This document shows, in pieces, positions 40,136 through 48,387 of a DNA stretch of 64,000 bases (its first letter is position 1; the number at the start of each line of letters is the position of its first letter). Under the pieces are notes generated by a model. That model ran no database searches. It worked only from the letters and a program-made list of their open reading frames with translations, and had not been told where the DNA came from. The stretch covers positions 1 to 64,000 of the forward strand of contig CBFGTS010000010.1 in the NCBI GenBank assembly GCA_965652295.1. Reading direction: 5' to 3'. Position numbers and translations under genes: made by a program. The stretch is from an uncultured Haloferula sp. GTDB taxonomy: Bacteria > Verrucomicrobiota > Verrucomicrobiia > Verrucomicrobiales > Akkermansiaceae.

Positions 40136-40720
40136 ATGAAAACCACAACCGTCTTTACCGCCCTCGCCCTCTGCACTCCTGCCCTGATGGCCGGAGAGGT
40201 GGAATACACCCAGCCCACCATGCAGACGAACTATGCCCCAGCCGGACACGTCGGTTGGTTCCTGGGTGGCGGAGCGGATTACCTCCTCGACTCTGAAGAG
40301 CCGTTCTACAACGCCCACCTCGGCTACGACTTCGGAGCCGGCCATTCGCTGTTCCTCGAATCCGGCTGGGTGGGTGAGGAAGACGATCTCTTCTTCCCGT
40401 TTCCCGCCAGCGTGGACATCGACATCGTGCCGATCACGCTGAACTACAAGTATGAGTGGCTGATCACCGACCGCTTCGGCTTCTACGCCGGGGTCGGTGC
40501 GGGTGGTGCCAACGTCGATATCGCCGGACCCCTCGGGGGCGATGACAGCTGGACCTTCACGGCCCAGGCCCTTGCGGGAGTGGTTTATGAGGTGAGCCCC
40601 AGCTTTGAACTCTACGCCGGTGCCCGCTACGCTTGGCTTGATGACGTGAGCGTTCGCGGAGCGACCTACGACGATTTGGATGATATCGGTATCGGTGCCG
40701 GCCTCCGGTTCAACTTCTGA
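40136..40720 (+). CDS. Outer-membrane beta-barrel protein (OmpA/OmpW-like, 8-stranded)
   Basis: Signal peptide; alternating strands (PITLNYKY, YAGVGAG, YAGARY); C-terminal GLRFNF. Confidence 0.85.
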   Translation: MKTTTVFTALALCTPALMAGEVEYTQPTMQTNYAPAGHVGWFLGGGADYLLDSEEPFYNAHLGYDFGAGHSLFLESGWVGEEDDLFFPFPASVDIDIVPITLNYKYEWLITDRFGFYAGVGAGGANVDIAGPLGGDDSWTFTAQALAGVVYEVSPSFELYAGARYAWLDDVSVRGATYDDLDDIGIGAGLRFNF

Positions 40721-40773
40721 AAAACCCCACAGGCATCGCCCTGCGCGGCACTTCGTTGCGAGGGCGGTGGGCG

Positions 40774-40805
40774 GCAGGCCGCTGGCGGAAGCGCCAGCGG
40801 CCTGC
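40774..40805. terminator. Perfect 14-bp hairpin between convergent genes (bidirectional terminator or REP-like)
   Basis: GCAGGCCGCTGGCG-GAAG-CGCCAGCGGCCTGC; no clear T tract. Confidence 0.55.
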
Positions 40806-40814
40806 TTGTCGGGC

Positions 40815-40967
40815 TCAGTCGTCATAGGTGGTGGTCGTCTCTTGTTCGGTCACCGTTCCCACGCCGGGCACATAGGTGCTTTCGGTCGTGGTGGTGCGGG
40901 TGGTGGTTGCGCAGCTGGCGACGAAGGCGAAACCGAGGATGGCGAGGATCTGGATCACAGTTTTCAT
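40815..40967 (-). CDS. Small Thr-rich lipoprotein (50 aa)
   Basis: MKTVIQILAILGFAFVASC lipobox, then ATTTRTTTTESTYVPGVGTVTEQETTTTYDD. Confidence 0.7.
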   Translation of the reverse strand: MKTVIQILAILGFAFVASCATTTRTTTTESTYVPGVGTVTEQETTTTYDD

Positions 40968-41474
40968 GGTTCTGGAGTTCGGATTGATGGAGGCCGGGAC
41001 GGGCCAGGCGGGCCCTGCCGCGGCAGCGACCTCCCAGCTCGATGCGTTCCCATGAGCGCGAGGTTCCGCCCAGAACCTCTGATCCTTTGGAAAGCCCGGA
41101 AGAGCCGGTGTCCGATCCGCGGATTCCCGTGGCGGTCCCCTCCGTGGACAGGTGGTGATTTGCATGGCTGGCGGGGGATTTTCGGCAGATCGCAACAGGA
41201 CCCGGCTGGCGGGGCTGGCGAGGTGCGCCGGAGGGCTGTATCGCGTGCTCGAACGGTGCCTTGGAATCGCGCCAGACTGGCTCCACAGAGGTGACTCATG
41301 CCGCGGCGGGCGGGGTCCGCCTTTGCAGGTGTTCTCGCCGACAGACTTGAAGTTCCGCTGTAGGAGGAAGCGGTTTTTGGTTCCGTAAATCGTGTCCTGC
41401 GTGTTGTCGCCCAAGGTGTTACAATCGGGTTCTATTGGCTTATGGAAGGGAGATTGTTTGTAAGGGTTAAGCTA

Positions 41475-41490
41475 TGGTGCCGAAGAAAGG
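41475..41490 (-). mobile_element. tRNA 3'-end fragment (CCTTTCTTCGGCACCA), probable att-site scar of an integrative element
   Basis: The + strand TGGTGCCGAAGAAAGG reverse-complements to a tRNA-Leu-like acceptor end with CCA; no full tRNA; sits in an AT-rich patch. Confidence 0.5.
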
Positions 41491-41578
41491 TAGCAATCCG
41501 CGGTATTTATCATTGATCTATTAGTTAGCTTGCATTGGTTTCCCTTGCCCCCCGTCCTCCGTTCCTTGTTGGCTCCCT

Positions 41579-42916
41579 ATGTCCCCGTCTACTCGAGAGA
41601 AATTGAAGTCCACGCGATCCCGTTGTCCGGTATGTCATCAGGACTGCCCGGCGGAGGTGTGGAAAACGGGCTCGGATCGGGGTGAGGTCTGGCTTTCCAG
41701 GACATGTTCGGAGCATGGGGTTCACGAAGCTTGTATCGCCTCGGATGCACGATTCTACTGGCTCGCCAAGGGTCCTCGGGAGAGCGCTGATGAAGAAGGC
41801 TGCGCGTGTGCCTCGTCTCCCGAGGGGCAGGATGGCTGCCTCGGCAGGAATGCCGGGCAGGCGGGAACGCCGGAGAATTTGTCGACCTGCCTCGCGTTGA
41901 TCGAGATCGTGGATTCGTGCAATCTCCAGTGCCCCACCTGCTTCAGTGATGCGCCACCCGGCGGGTTCGGGTCGCGGTTGAAATCCCACGCCTTGCCCCA
42001 GCTGAAATCGAGGATCAACGGCGTGTTGGAGCGCAAGGGGCGGATCGAGATCCTCCAGCTTTCCGGCGGCGAGCCGAGTCTGCACCCGGAGTTGATGGAA
42101 TTGCTGGATTGGGTTCACGAGGAGCCGCGGATCGACTACTGCCTTCTGAACACCAACGGCCTGCGGCTCGCCCGCGAAGAGGCGTTTGCCGCGGAGCTGG
42201 GCGAGCGGGCGCGGCGTGGCGGCTTCCAACTCTATCTTCAGTACGACGGTCCACAGGAGGAAGGGCAGCGAGAACTGCGCGGGCTGGATCTGCGGGAGCT
42301 GAAACACAACGTGATGGAGCGTTGCGAGCGGGAGAGGATTCCTTTCACTCTGGCGATGACGGTCTGTGTGCAGAACCTGCCGCATCTATGGGAAACCATC
42401 GAACTTGGTCTGCGCTTCGACCAGTGCCGGGGAGTGGCGTTCCAACCGATGTTCTCCAGCGGCCGTGGCGGAGCGGATGGGCGGCGGCTCAACGCGGCGG
42501 ATATCATCCTCGGCTGCATCGATCAATCCGCGGGGAAAGTGAGTGAAAAGGACTTCACGCCCTTGCCATGCGGCGACCCGAATTGCGCGATCATCGGCTA
42601 TCTGCTGCGCACGCCTGAGGGCATGCGAAGCATTTCCGAGTTCGTCGATTTCGGGGCTCTGCAAGGGTTCCTCCGTGACAAGGTGCGTTACGAACTCGCC
42701 GATCTGACGCAGTGCGGCTGCGAGAACAGCGAGCTGGGCAAGCTGCTCCATCGCTTCGAGATGGATGAGCGGAACGCCTTCCGGCTGTTCATCAAGCCAT
42801 TCATGGACTCGTGGACCTGGGACGAGGATCGGATCGACCGATGCTGTACGCATGTGATAAGACCCGACGGTCAGCTCGATTCGTTTTGCCGCTACTATGG
42901 AACCCGACCCACCTGA
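41579..42916 (+). CDS. Radical SAM protein of the Tes/MJ0619 (GDGT-MAS, tetraether synthase-like) family
   Basis: N-terminal CPVC...CSEHG, CNLQCPTC, QLSGGEP..HP, LNTNG, YLQYDG, FQP, PLPCGDPNC, C-terminal FMDSWTWDEDRIDRCCTH...DGQLDSFC. Confidence 0.82.
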   Translation: MSPSTREKLKSTRSRCPVCHQDCPAEVWKTGSDRGEVWLSRTCSEHGVHEACIASDARFYWLAKGPRESADEEGCACASSPEGQDGCLGRNAGQAGTPENLSTCLALIEIVDSCNLQCPTCFSDAPPGGFGSRLKSHALPQLKSRINGVLERKGRIEILQLSGGEPSLHPELMELLDWVHEEPRIDYCLLNTNGLRLAREEAFAAELGERARRGGFQLYLQYDGPQEEGQRELRGLDLRELKHNVMERCERERIPFTLAMTVCVQNLPHLWETIELGLRFDQCRGVAFQPMFSSGRGGADGRRLNAADIILGCIDQSAGKVSEKDFTPLPCGDPNCAIIGYLLRTPEGMRSISEFVDFGALQGFLRDKVRYELADLTQCGCENSELGKLLHRFEMDERNAFRLFIKPFMDSWTWDEDRIDRCCTHVIRPDGQLDSFCRYYGTRPT

Positions 42917-43256
42917 ACCCCCTCCGGAGCCGCCGGCAAACGCGGCGATCGGCTGGCTGCGTTTCATCATCTGGCTGGTTCCCGCCGGGGTGGCGGTCGC
43001 GCTGGTGTTTGTGTCCGGCTATCTCGGTCAACGTTTCGGTTTTCCCGGGGCAGGGATGGGGTTGTGGCTCCTGGTCTGGGCTGGAGTAACGTACGCCATC
43101 GGGTGGTTCGATGCCCAGTTCTCCAGACGGCGGGCCCGCAATGGCGTCCCGGTGTGGGGCCATGCCGCGACGTTTGTGATGTTGCAGCTTCTCGTGGTAC
43201 CGGCCGTGGGTGGTTTTCTTCTATTCGGAGTGTGTGTCTTCAGCGGTGCTTTCTGA
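42897..43256 (+). CDS. Small membrane protein, 3 TM, with Cys at the end of the last TM
   Basis: Overlaps the radical SAM stop by 20 nt and ends 3 nt before the Lgt-like start; ends FLLFGVCVFSGAF. Confidence 0.65.
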   Translation: MEPDPPEPPPEPPANAAIGWLRFIIWLVPAGVAVALVFVSGYLGQRFGFPGAGMGLWLLVWAGVTYAIGWFDAQFSRRRARNGVPVWGHAATFVMLQLLVVPAVGGFLLFGVCVFSGAF

Positions 43257-43259
43257 GCC

Positions 43260-43943
43260 ATGCCTGCGTTCACCGGTTCTCCTGTGTATGCGGCGCTGGT
43301 GCTCGGCGGCATCGGACTCGGGGCCGTGTATTGGTTTTTCCAGGCGCGGGATGACGGTCGCATCCCCTTGATTTACCTCGGTGGCTTGGTCGGGGCGTTT
43401 GCCGGAGCCAAGCTGGCCTACCTCGGAGCAGAGGGGTGGTTGCACGCCGGGGAGCCTGGGCGTTGGGCGCTGTGGCTTTCGGGCAAATCCATCACCGGCG
43501 CGTTGCCCGGAGGCTGGGCGGGGGTGGAGATCACCAAGCGTTTCGTCGGCTACCGCGGCATCACCGGCGATCGCTTCGCGCTGCTCCTGCCGGTTCCCTT
43601 GGCTCTGGGGCGGCTCGGATGCCTCGACGCCGGGTGTTGTCGCGGGCTCGACGGCTGGCCGGCGGTGCCGGTGGAGATCGGATTTCAGCTTCTGATGCTG
43701 GGCGTTCTGATGCTCCTGCGAGCGCGGCAATGGCTGCCGGGGCAGCATTTCCACTGCTACTTGATCGGCTACGGGCTGTTCCGCTTCGCGCATGAAGCGG
43801 TCCGCGCGACGCCCAAGGTAATTTTCGGGATTTCGGGATACCAGTGGATCTCGCTCGCGGTCGTGCTCGCCGCGGCGGTCGCCTTCCGCCGGAGAATGAT
43901 GAAAAGTCGGATGGCGATAAAATCCGCCCCCACCGCGACGTAG
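43260..43943 (+). CDS. Divergent prolipoprotein diacylglyceryl transferase (Lgt)-family protein
   Basis: GAFAGAKL, GKSITGALPGG, ALGRLGCLDAGCCRG, YGLFRFAHEAVR, GISGYQWIS. Confidence 0.8.
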   Translation: MPAFTGSPVYAALVLGGIGLGAVYWFFQARDDGRIPLIYLGGLVGAFAGAKLAYLGAEGWLHAGEPGRWALWLSGKSITGALPGGWAGVEITKRFVGYRGITGDRFALLLPVPLALGRLGCLDAGCCRGLDGWPAVPVEIGFQLLMLGVLMLLRARQWLPGQHFHCYLIGYGLFRFAHEAVRATPKVIFGISGYQWISLAVVLAAAVAFRRRMMKSRMAIKSAPTAT

Positions 43944-43950
43944 GGGGCGC

Positions 43951-45078
43951 ATGCAAAACATGATGGCGTGGGCTTCCGGCTCATTCGTGATGGCGGCTTC
44001 CGTCTTCGGCGGGGAGGTCCAGGGCATTGAAGGCGATCTCCACCAGAAGCGTGCGGCGGAGGTCATGGAGCACCTCGAGGAAAACTACTACAATCGCCGG
44101 AGCGACCTTTACTCCGACAAGCCCGGCGGAGAGGGAGCGGCCACGGTTTGGGGTGCGGGGGTGATGTTCTCCGCGCTGGCCGGCGGTGCCCGCCACGACA
44201 AGGATCACGAGCGGGGGATGCGGCGCTACTTCAAGGCGCTCGACCGCTACTGGGACACGCAGGTGGAGATCCCCGGCTACGAGCCGCTGCCGACGCAGGG
44301 GGGCGGCAATGACAAATACTACGACGACAACGCATGGATGGTGCTGACCTTTCTCGAAGCCTACGACATCACCGGCGAGAAACGCTATCTTGAGCGTGCG
44401 GAAGAGTCGCTGGAGTTCGTCCTGAGCGGCTGGGACGAGCAGCTGGGCGGCGGCATCTGGTGGCACGAGGGGCACAAGGATGGCAGCAAAAACACCTGCG
44501 CCAACGCGCCCGCCGCGCTGGGTTGCTACCGGCTTTCCCAATACATGGCCGGCGAGCGTCGGGCCGAGCTGATCGAGTGGGGAAACAAAATCGTCGCCTG
44601 GACCGTGAAGCAGTTCCAAGGCGATGACCTGTTGTTCGAGGATGCGGTGGTCGTGGCCACCGGCAAGGAGAACAAAGGCAAGCTGACCTACAACACGGCG
44701 TTGATGATCCGGAACTTCATCGCGCTCTACGGCCTGACCGGCGAGCGGGCTTACCTTGAGGAAACCCTCCGGACGGCGGACGCCGCGCAGTCGATGATCC
44801 AGGGAAACGGTGCTTACCGCGACAAGTGGCGGTGGTCCCACCTGCAGGTCGAGGCGGATATCGAGCTCTACCGGCTCACCGGCACCGAACGTTACCTCAA
44901 GCGAGCGGTCGATACCGCGGCGCATCATTACCAGGTCTGGAAGGAGAGCCCGCCCGAGGAGATGATCGACATCGCCTCGCTGGCCCGCGAGCTGTGGCTG
45001 CTGGCCGATCTTGAAACGGCCGCGGGACGGGCGTTCTGGGAGCGGGTGGACCGATGGAAACCTGCGGAGGGCGGTTGA
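43951..45078 (+). CDS. Glycoside hydrolase family 76 (alpha-1,6-mannanase-like)
   Basis: YYDDNAW catalytic DD motif, GGGIWW, SKNTCANAP, LTYNT. Confidence 0.9.
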   Translation: MQNMMAWASGSFVMAASVFGGEVQGIEGDLHQKRAAEVMEHLEENYYNRRSDLYSDKPGGEGAATVWGAGVMFSALAGGARHDKDHERGMRRYFKALDRYWDTQVEIPGYEPLPTQGGGNDKYYDDNAWMVLTFLEAYDITGEKRYLERAEESLEFVLSGWDEQLGGGIWWHEGHKDGSKNTCANAPAALGCYRLSQYMAGERRAELIEWGNKIVAWTVKQFQGDDLLFEDAVVVATGKENKGKLTYNTALMIRNFIALYGLTGERAYLEETLRTADAAQSMIQGNGAYRDKWRWSHLQVEADIELYRLTGTERYLKRAVDTAAHHYQVWKESPPEEMIDIASLARELWLLADLETAAGRAFWERVDRWKPAEGG

Positions 45079-45182
45079 CCTTGCCGCGTTTTTGCCCCCG
45101 CCCTTTGGAGGGGGTGGTGCGGCGCTTCTTGATCGGCCGGGGATCGCGCTCCACGTTGTCCGAGCCCACCGCGGCTCCTTTG

Positions 45183-48100
45183 ATGAAATCCAGTCTGTTT
45201 CTTTCCCTGGTCGGAGTGCTTTTTTGCGCGCCAGCTTCCGGCCAGTCGGTCTCTCCGTATTTCCCCGATGACGGGACGGTGGTGCTCTATCACCTTGATG
45301 AGGCAGCGGGGGCAATCGGAGTAATGGACGCGGCGGGGAACCTCGACGGCGTGAGTACGTTCGGGGAGACGCCGCTTTCGGTCTTCGACGGCGGCGAGGG
45401 CTTTCCGGGTTTCGGCGGAGCCGCCGGCAATGTGGCAGGGGCGGGGATCGGAGTGGATGTGAATGCCGACGGGGTTTTCCGCTACGATGACTCCGGGGCG
45501 GCGGACCAGTTCGATACGTTCGGTCGCTTGGGCAGCGCCTTCACGCTGGAAGCGATGATCAAGGTGCCTTCGATCACCTCCGGGTCCCCCCAGCACATCT
45601 GGGGCCTCGATGGAGCCTTGAGCCGTGCGTTGCAGTTCCGGATCAACGGCGACGGCGTGCTCAATTTCGACCCGGTGGATGGCGGAGGAGCGGCGGTGAC
45701 CGCCGACCTCGCCTCGCTGACCGGCACGCATGCCTTCGCGGCCGACGAATGGTTTCACGTGGCCGCCGTCTACGACAACGGCATGGTGAGCCTCTACTGG
45801 ACCCGCGTGGGTGCCGCCACCGAGGCGAATCTCATCGGCACGGGGGTCACCGCGGTGGCCTTCCAGTCGGACGATTCGCCGCTGGTTCTCGGAAACGAAG
45901 GTCGCTCGTTCGGCGGCATGGGCGAGGCGCTGCTGGGGCGGATCGATGAGGCGCGCGTCAGTGGGATCGCGCGGGCGGCGAACGAGTTCATTTTCGACAG
46001 CGTGAAGCTCCACAGCGCGAACTCGTATGAAACGGGCAGCACGAATTTTCCGGAAAACACGCGCGACGGTGATCTGAATACCCGTTGGTCGGCTTTCGGC
46101 GATGGCGAGTGGATCGCGTACGATCTGGGAAAGGCGCGGGTGGTCACGGCGGTGGACGTCGCCTTTTTATCCGGAGACGTGCGGACCTCATCGTTCGACA
46201 TCGAGCTTTCCATGGATGGAGTGGCTTGGACGCCCGTGCTGCCCGGCGCGGTGAGCAGCGGCAGCACGCTCGCGGCGGAGACCTTCGTCCTCCCGGCGAA
46301 TCAGGTGGGGCGTTACGTGCGCTATGTGGGCCACGGGAATTCCGTGAACGGCTGGAACAGTCTCACCGAGCTGGATGTTCAGAGTGCCCCCGTTTCCGAT
46401 ACCGACCAGGACGGGCTGCCGGACGAATGGGAGCAGCAGCTTGTGGCGGCGGACCCGGACGACGCGATCGAGACGATCGCCGACGTGCTGCCGGACGATG
46501 ATTTCGACAGCGACGGGCAGAGCAATCTGGAGGAATACCGCGCCGGCAGCGACCCGGCGGTGGTGGATGGCGACCGGGATACGGACGGCGACGGCCTGCC
46601 CGATCTTTGGGAAATGAACACCCTCGGCAGTCGCGAGCAGAACGCCTTCGACGACGCGGATAGCGACGGCTTCACGAACGTCGCCGAGTACCTGGCGTCC
46701 ACCGATCCGCTGGATCCAGGCTCGAAGCCGACGTGGAAACCTCCGGCGGTCGGCTTCATGGCCGCCTCGGAAGTGGCCGCCGATGCCTGCATCATGCCGG
46801 CGAACGCGACGTACGGCCGCGCGATCAACGGACTCTCGTTCCAGGACCAGATCCTCCACACGTTCAACGGCTACCAATACACCGCCTACTACGACAGCAT
46901 CGACAGCGTTCAACGGGTGGTGCTGGCACGGCGGACGGTCGATGGTGCGGCGGTGGGCGAGTGGGAACTCCACCCGACCGACTCGGAGTTCACCCGTGGC
47001 GACGAGAGTTCGTGGGACGCCCACAACGTCATCGCCTTCGGGATTTGTGAAACCGATGGCTCGCTCCATTTCTCATGGGATCACCACGGCCACACGCTGC
47101 GCTACCGGCGGTCGATCGCCGGGCTGTGCACGACGAATACCGCCGCCTGGGGTGATGGCATGCTGCTCGCCGAACAGAACTGGATGACCGCCCCCGGCGA
47201 GACCCTCACCGACGTCACCTACCCGCAGTTCGTTTCCACGCCCGCGGGCGGGCTCACCTTTGTCTGGCGAAACGGCAGCTCGGGCAACGGCGACCAGTTC
47301 TTTTCCCACTACGTTCCTGGTAGCGAGAACTGGGCTGACCCGGTCCTCTTCATCCAGCGCGGGGGAAACTACAACGGCTCGACCTCCCGCTGCCCTTACA
47401 TCAACGGCTTCGACTATTCGCCCGACGGGACCATGCACGTCTCGTGGACCTGGCGCGAGGGAGCCGGTTCCTCGAATCACGATATCTGCTACGCCTACTC
47501 GGAGGATGCCGGCGTGACCTGGAAAAACACCGCCGGGAGCGTCGTGGCGGACACCGGCACGGGCGGCTTCATCAGCCTTGATTCGCCGGGCATCGCCTTC
47601 AAGCCGACGGATCTGAACCAGCTCCTCATCAACCAGCAGACCCAGTGCGTGGACAGCGAAGGCCGGGTTCACGTGATGATGCTCCATCGCCGCGAGGACC
47701 CGGGATACGAATATCCGAACGTCACCACCGCCGTGTATTCGACGCTGGCCACGGCCTACTATCATTACGTTTTGGAGCCCGGCACCGGAAAATGGCAGCA
47801 GCGCAGGATTCCGCCGGACCTTTATCCCGTCGGGTCCAGGCCTTCAATCGGTCACGATGCCGAGGGCAATGTCTATGCCGCGTTCACCACCTACCCGGCC
47901 GGCACCAGCGTGTTTCCCGGCTACACCTCGGGGCAGTTGGCGATCGCAAGTGCCTCGAAAACCTCGCAGTTCACCGATTGGAAGGTGCTCCAGGTGGTCG
48001 AGACGTCGAACCAGTTCACCGGAGAACCGTTGATCGATCAGGCCCGCCTGTCCCGCGACCGCGTGTTCAGCGTTTATCTCCAGGAAAGCAGCCCGTCGGA

Positions 48101-48386
48101 CTCTGCGGGAGCCACGCCCCTGCGGGTATTCGAGTTCGCGGTGGACGTCGCGGAACCCCCGCTTCCGGGTTCGGCCGCCATCTCCACGATCGGCGACGAC
48201 ATCCTCGTGACCACATTCGGAGAAAGCGGCTCCAGCTATCAACTCCAGTCGGGAACGGACCTCGTGACCGACTGGCAGAACATCGGCACCAGCTACGCGG
48301 GGAATGGCGGACTCATCGCGGCCCCCCATATCGACGGCTGGACGTCGTCGCGGCGGTTCTACCGCTTCGAAGTGACGGTGCCCTGA
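45183..48386 (+). CDS. Secreted modular enzyme: LamG + F5/8C + BNR_4 propeller (PL42/GH145-like) + FxRF tail
   Basis: Signal MKSSLFLS; RIDEARVS; DGDLNTRWS...WNSLTE; WDAHNVIAFG...HFSWDHHGHTLRYRRS, VTYPQF, HVSWTWRE, NHDICYAYS; ends RRFYRFEVTVP. Confidence 0.8.
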   Translation: MKSSLFLSLVGVLFCAPASGQSVSPYFPDDGTVVLYHLDEAAGAIGVMDAAGNLDGVSTFGETPLSVFDGGEGFPGFGGAAGNVAGAGIGVDVNADGVFRYDDSGAADQFDTFGRLGSAFTLEAMIKVPSITSGSPQHIWGLDGALSRALQFRINGDGVLNFDPVDGGGAAVTADLASLTGTHAFAADEWFHVAAVYDNGMVSLYWTRVGAATEANLIGTGVTAVAFQSDDSPLVLGNEGRSFGGMGEALLGRIDEARVSGIARAANEFIFDSVKLHSANSYETGSTNFPENTRDGDLNTRWSAFGDGEWIAYDLGKARVVTAVDVAFLSGDVRTSSFDIELSMDGVAWTPVLPGAVSSGSTLAAETFVLPANQVGRYVRYVGHGNSVNGWNSLTELDVQSAPVSDTDQDGLPDEWEQQLVAADPDDAIETIADVLPDDDFDSDGQSNLEEYRAGSDPAVVDGDRDTDGDGLPDLWEMNTLGSREQNAFDDADSDGFTNVAEYLASTDPLDPGSKPTWKPPAVGFMAASEVAADACIMPANATYGRAINGLSFQDQILHTFNGYQYTAYYDSIDSVQRVVLARRTVDGAAVGEWELHPTDSEFTRGDESSWDAHNVIAFGICETDGSLHFSWDHHGHTLRYRRSIAGLCTTNTAAWGDGMLLAEQNWMTAPGETLTDVTYPQFVSTPAGGLTFVWRNGSSGNGDQFFSHYVPGSENWADPVLFIQRGGNYNGSTSRCPYINGFDYSPDGTMHVSWTWREGAGSSNHDICYAYSEDAGVTWKNTAGSVVADTGTGGFISLDSPGIAFKPTDLNQLLINQQTQCVDSEGRVHVMMLHRREDPGYEYPNVTTAVYSTLATAYYHYVLEPGTGKWQQRRIPPDLYPVGSRPSIGHDAEGNVYAAFTTYPAGTSVFPGYTSGQLAIASASKTSQFTDWKVLQVVETSNQFTGEPLIDQARLSRDRVFSVYLQESSPSDSAGATPLRVFEFAVDVAEPPLPGSAAISTIGDDILVTTFGESGSSYQLQSGTDLVTDWQNIGTSYAGNGGLIAAPHIDGWTSSRRFYRFEVTVP

Positions 48387-48387
48387 C

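Noticed and set aside
41440..41560. Complete tRNA gene
   Set aside because: Only the last 16 nt match; no TTCGA T-loop or cloverleaf can be built.
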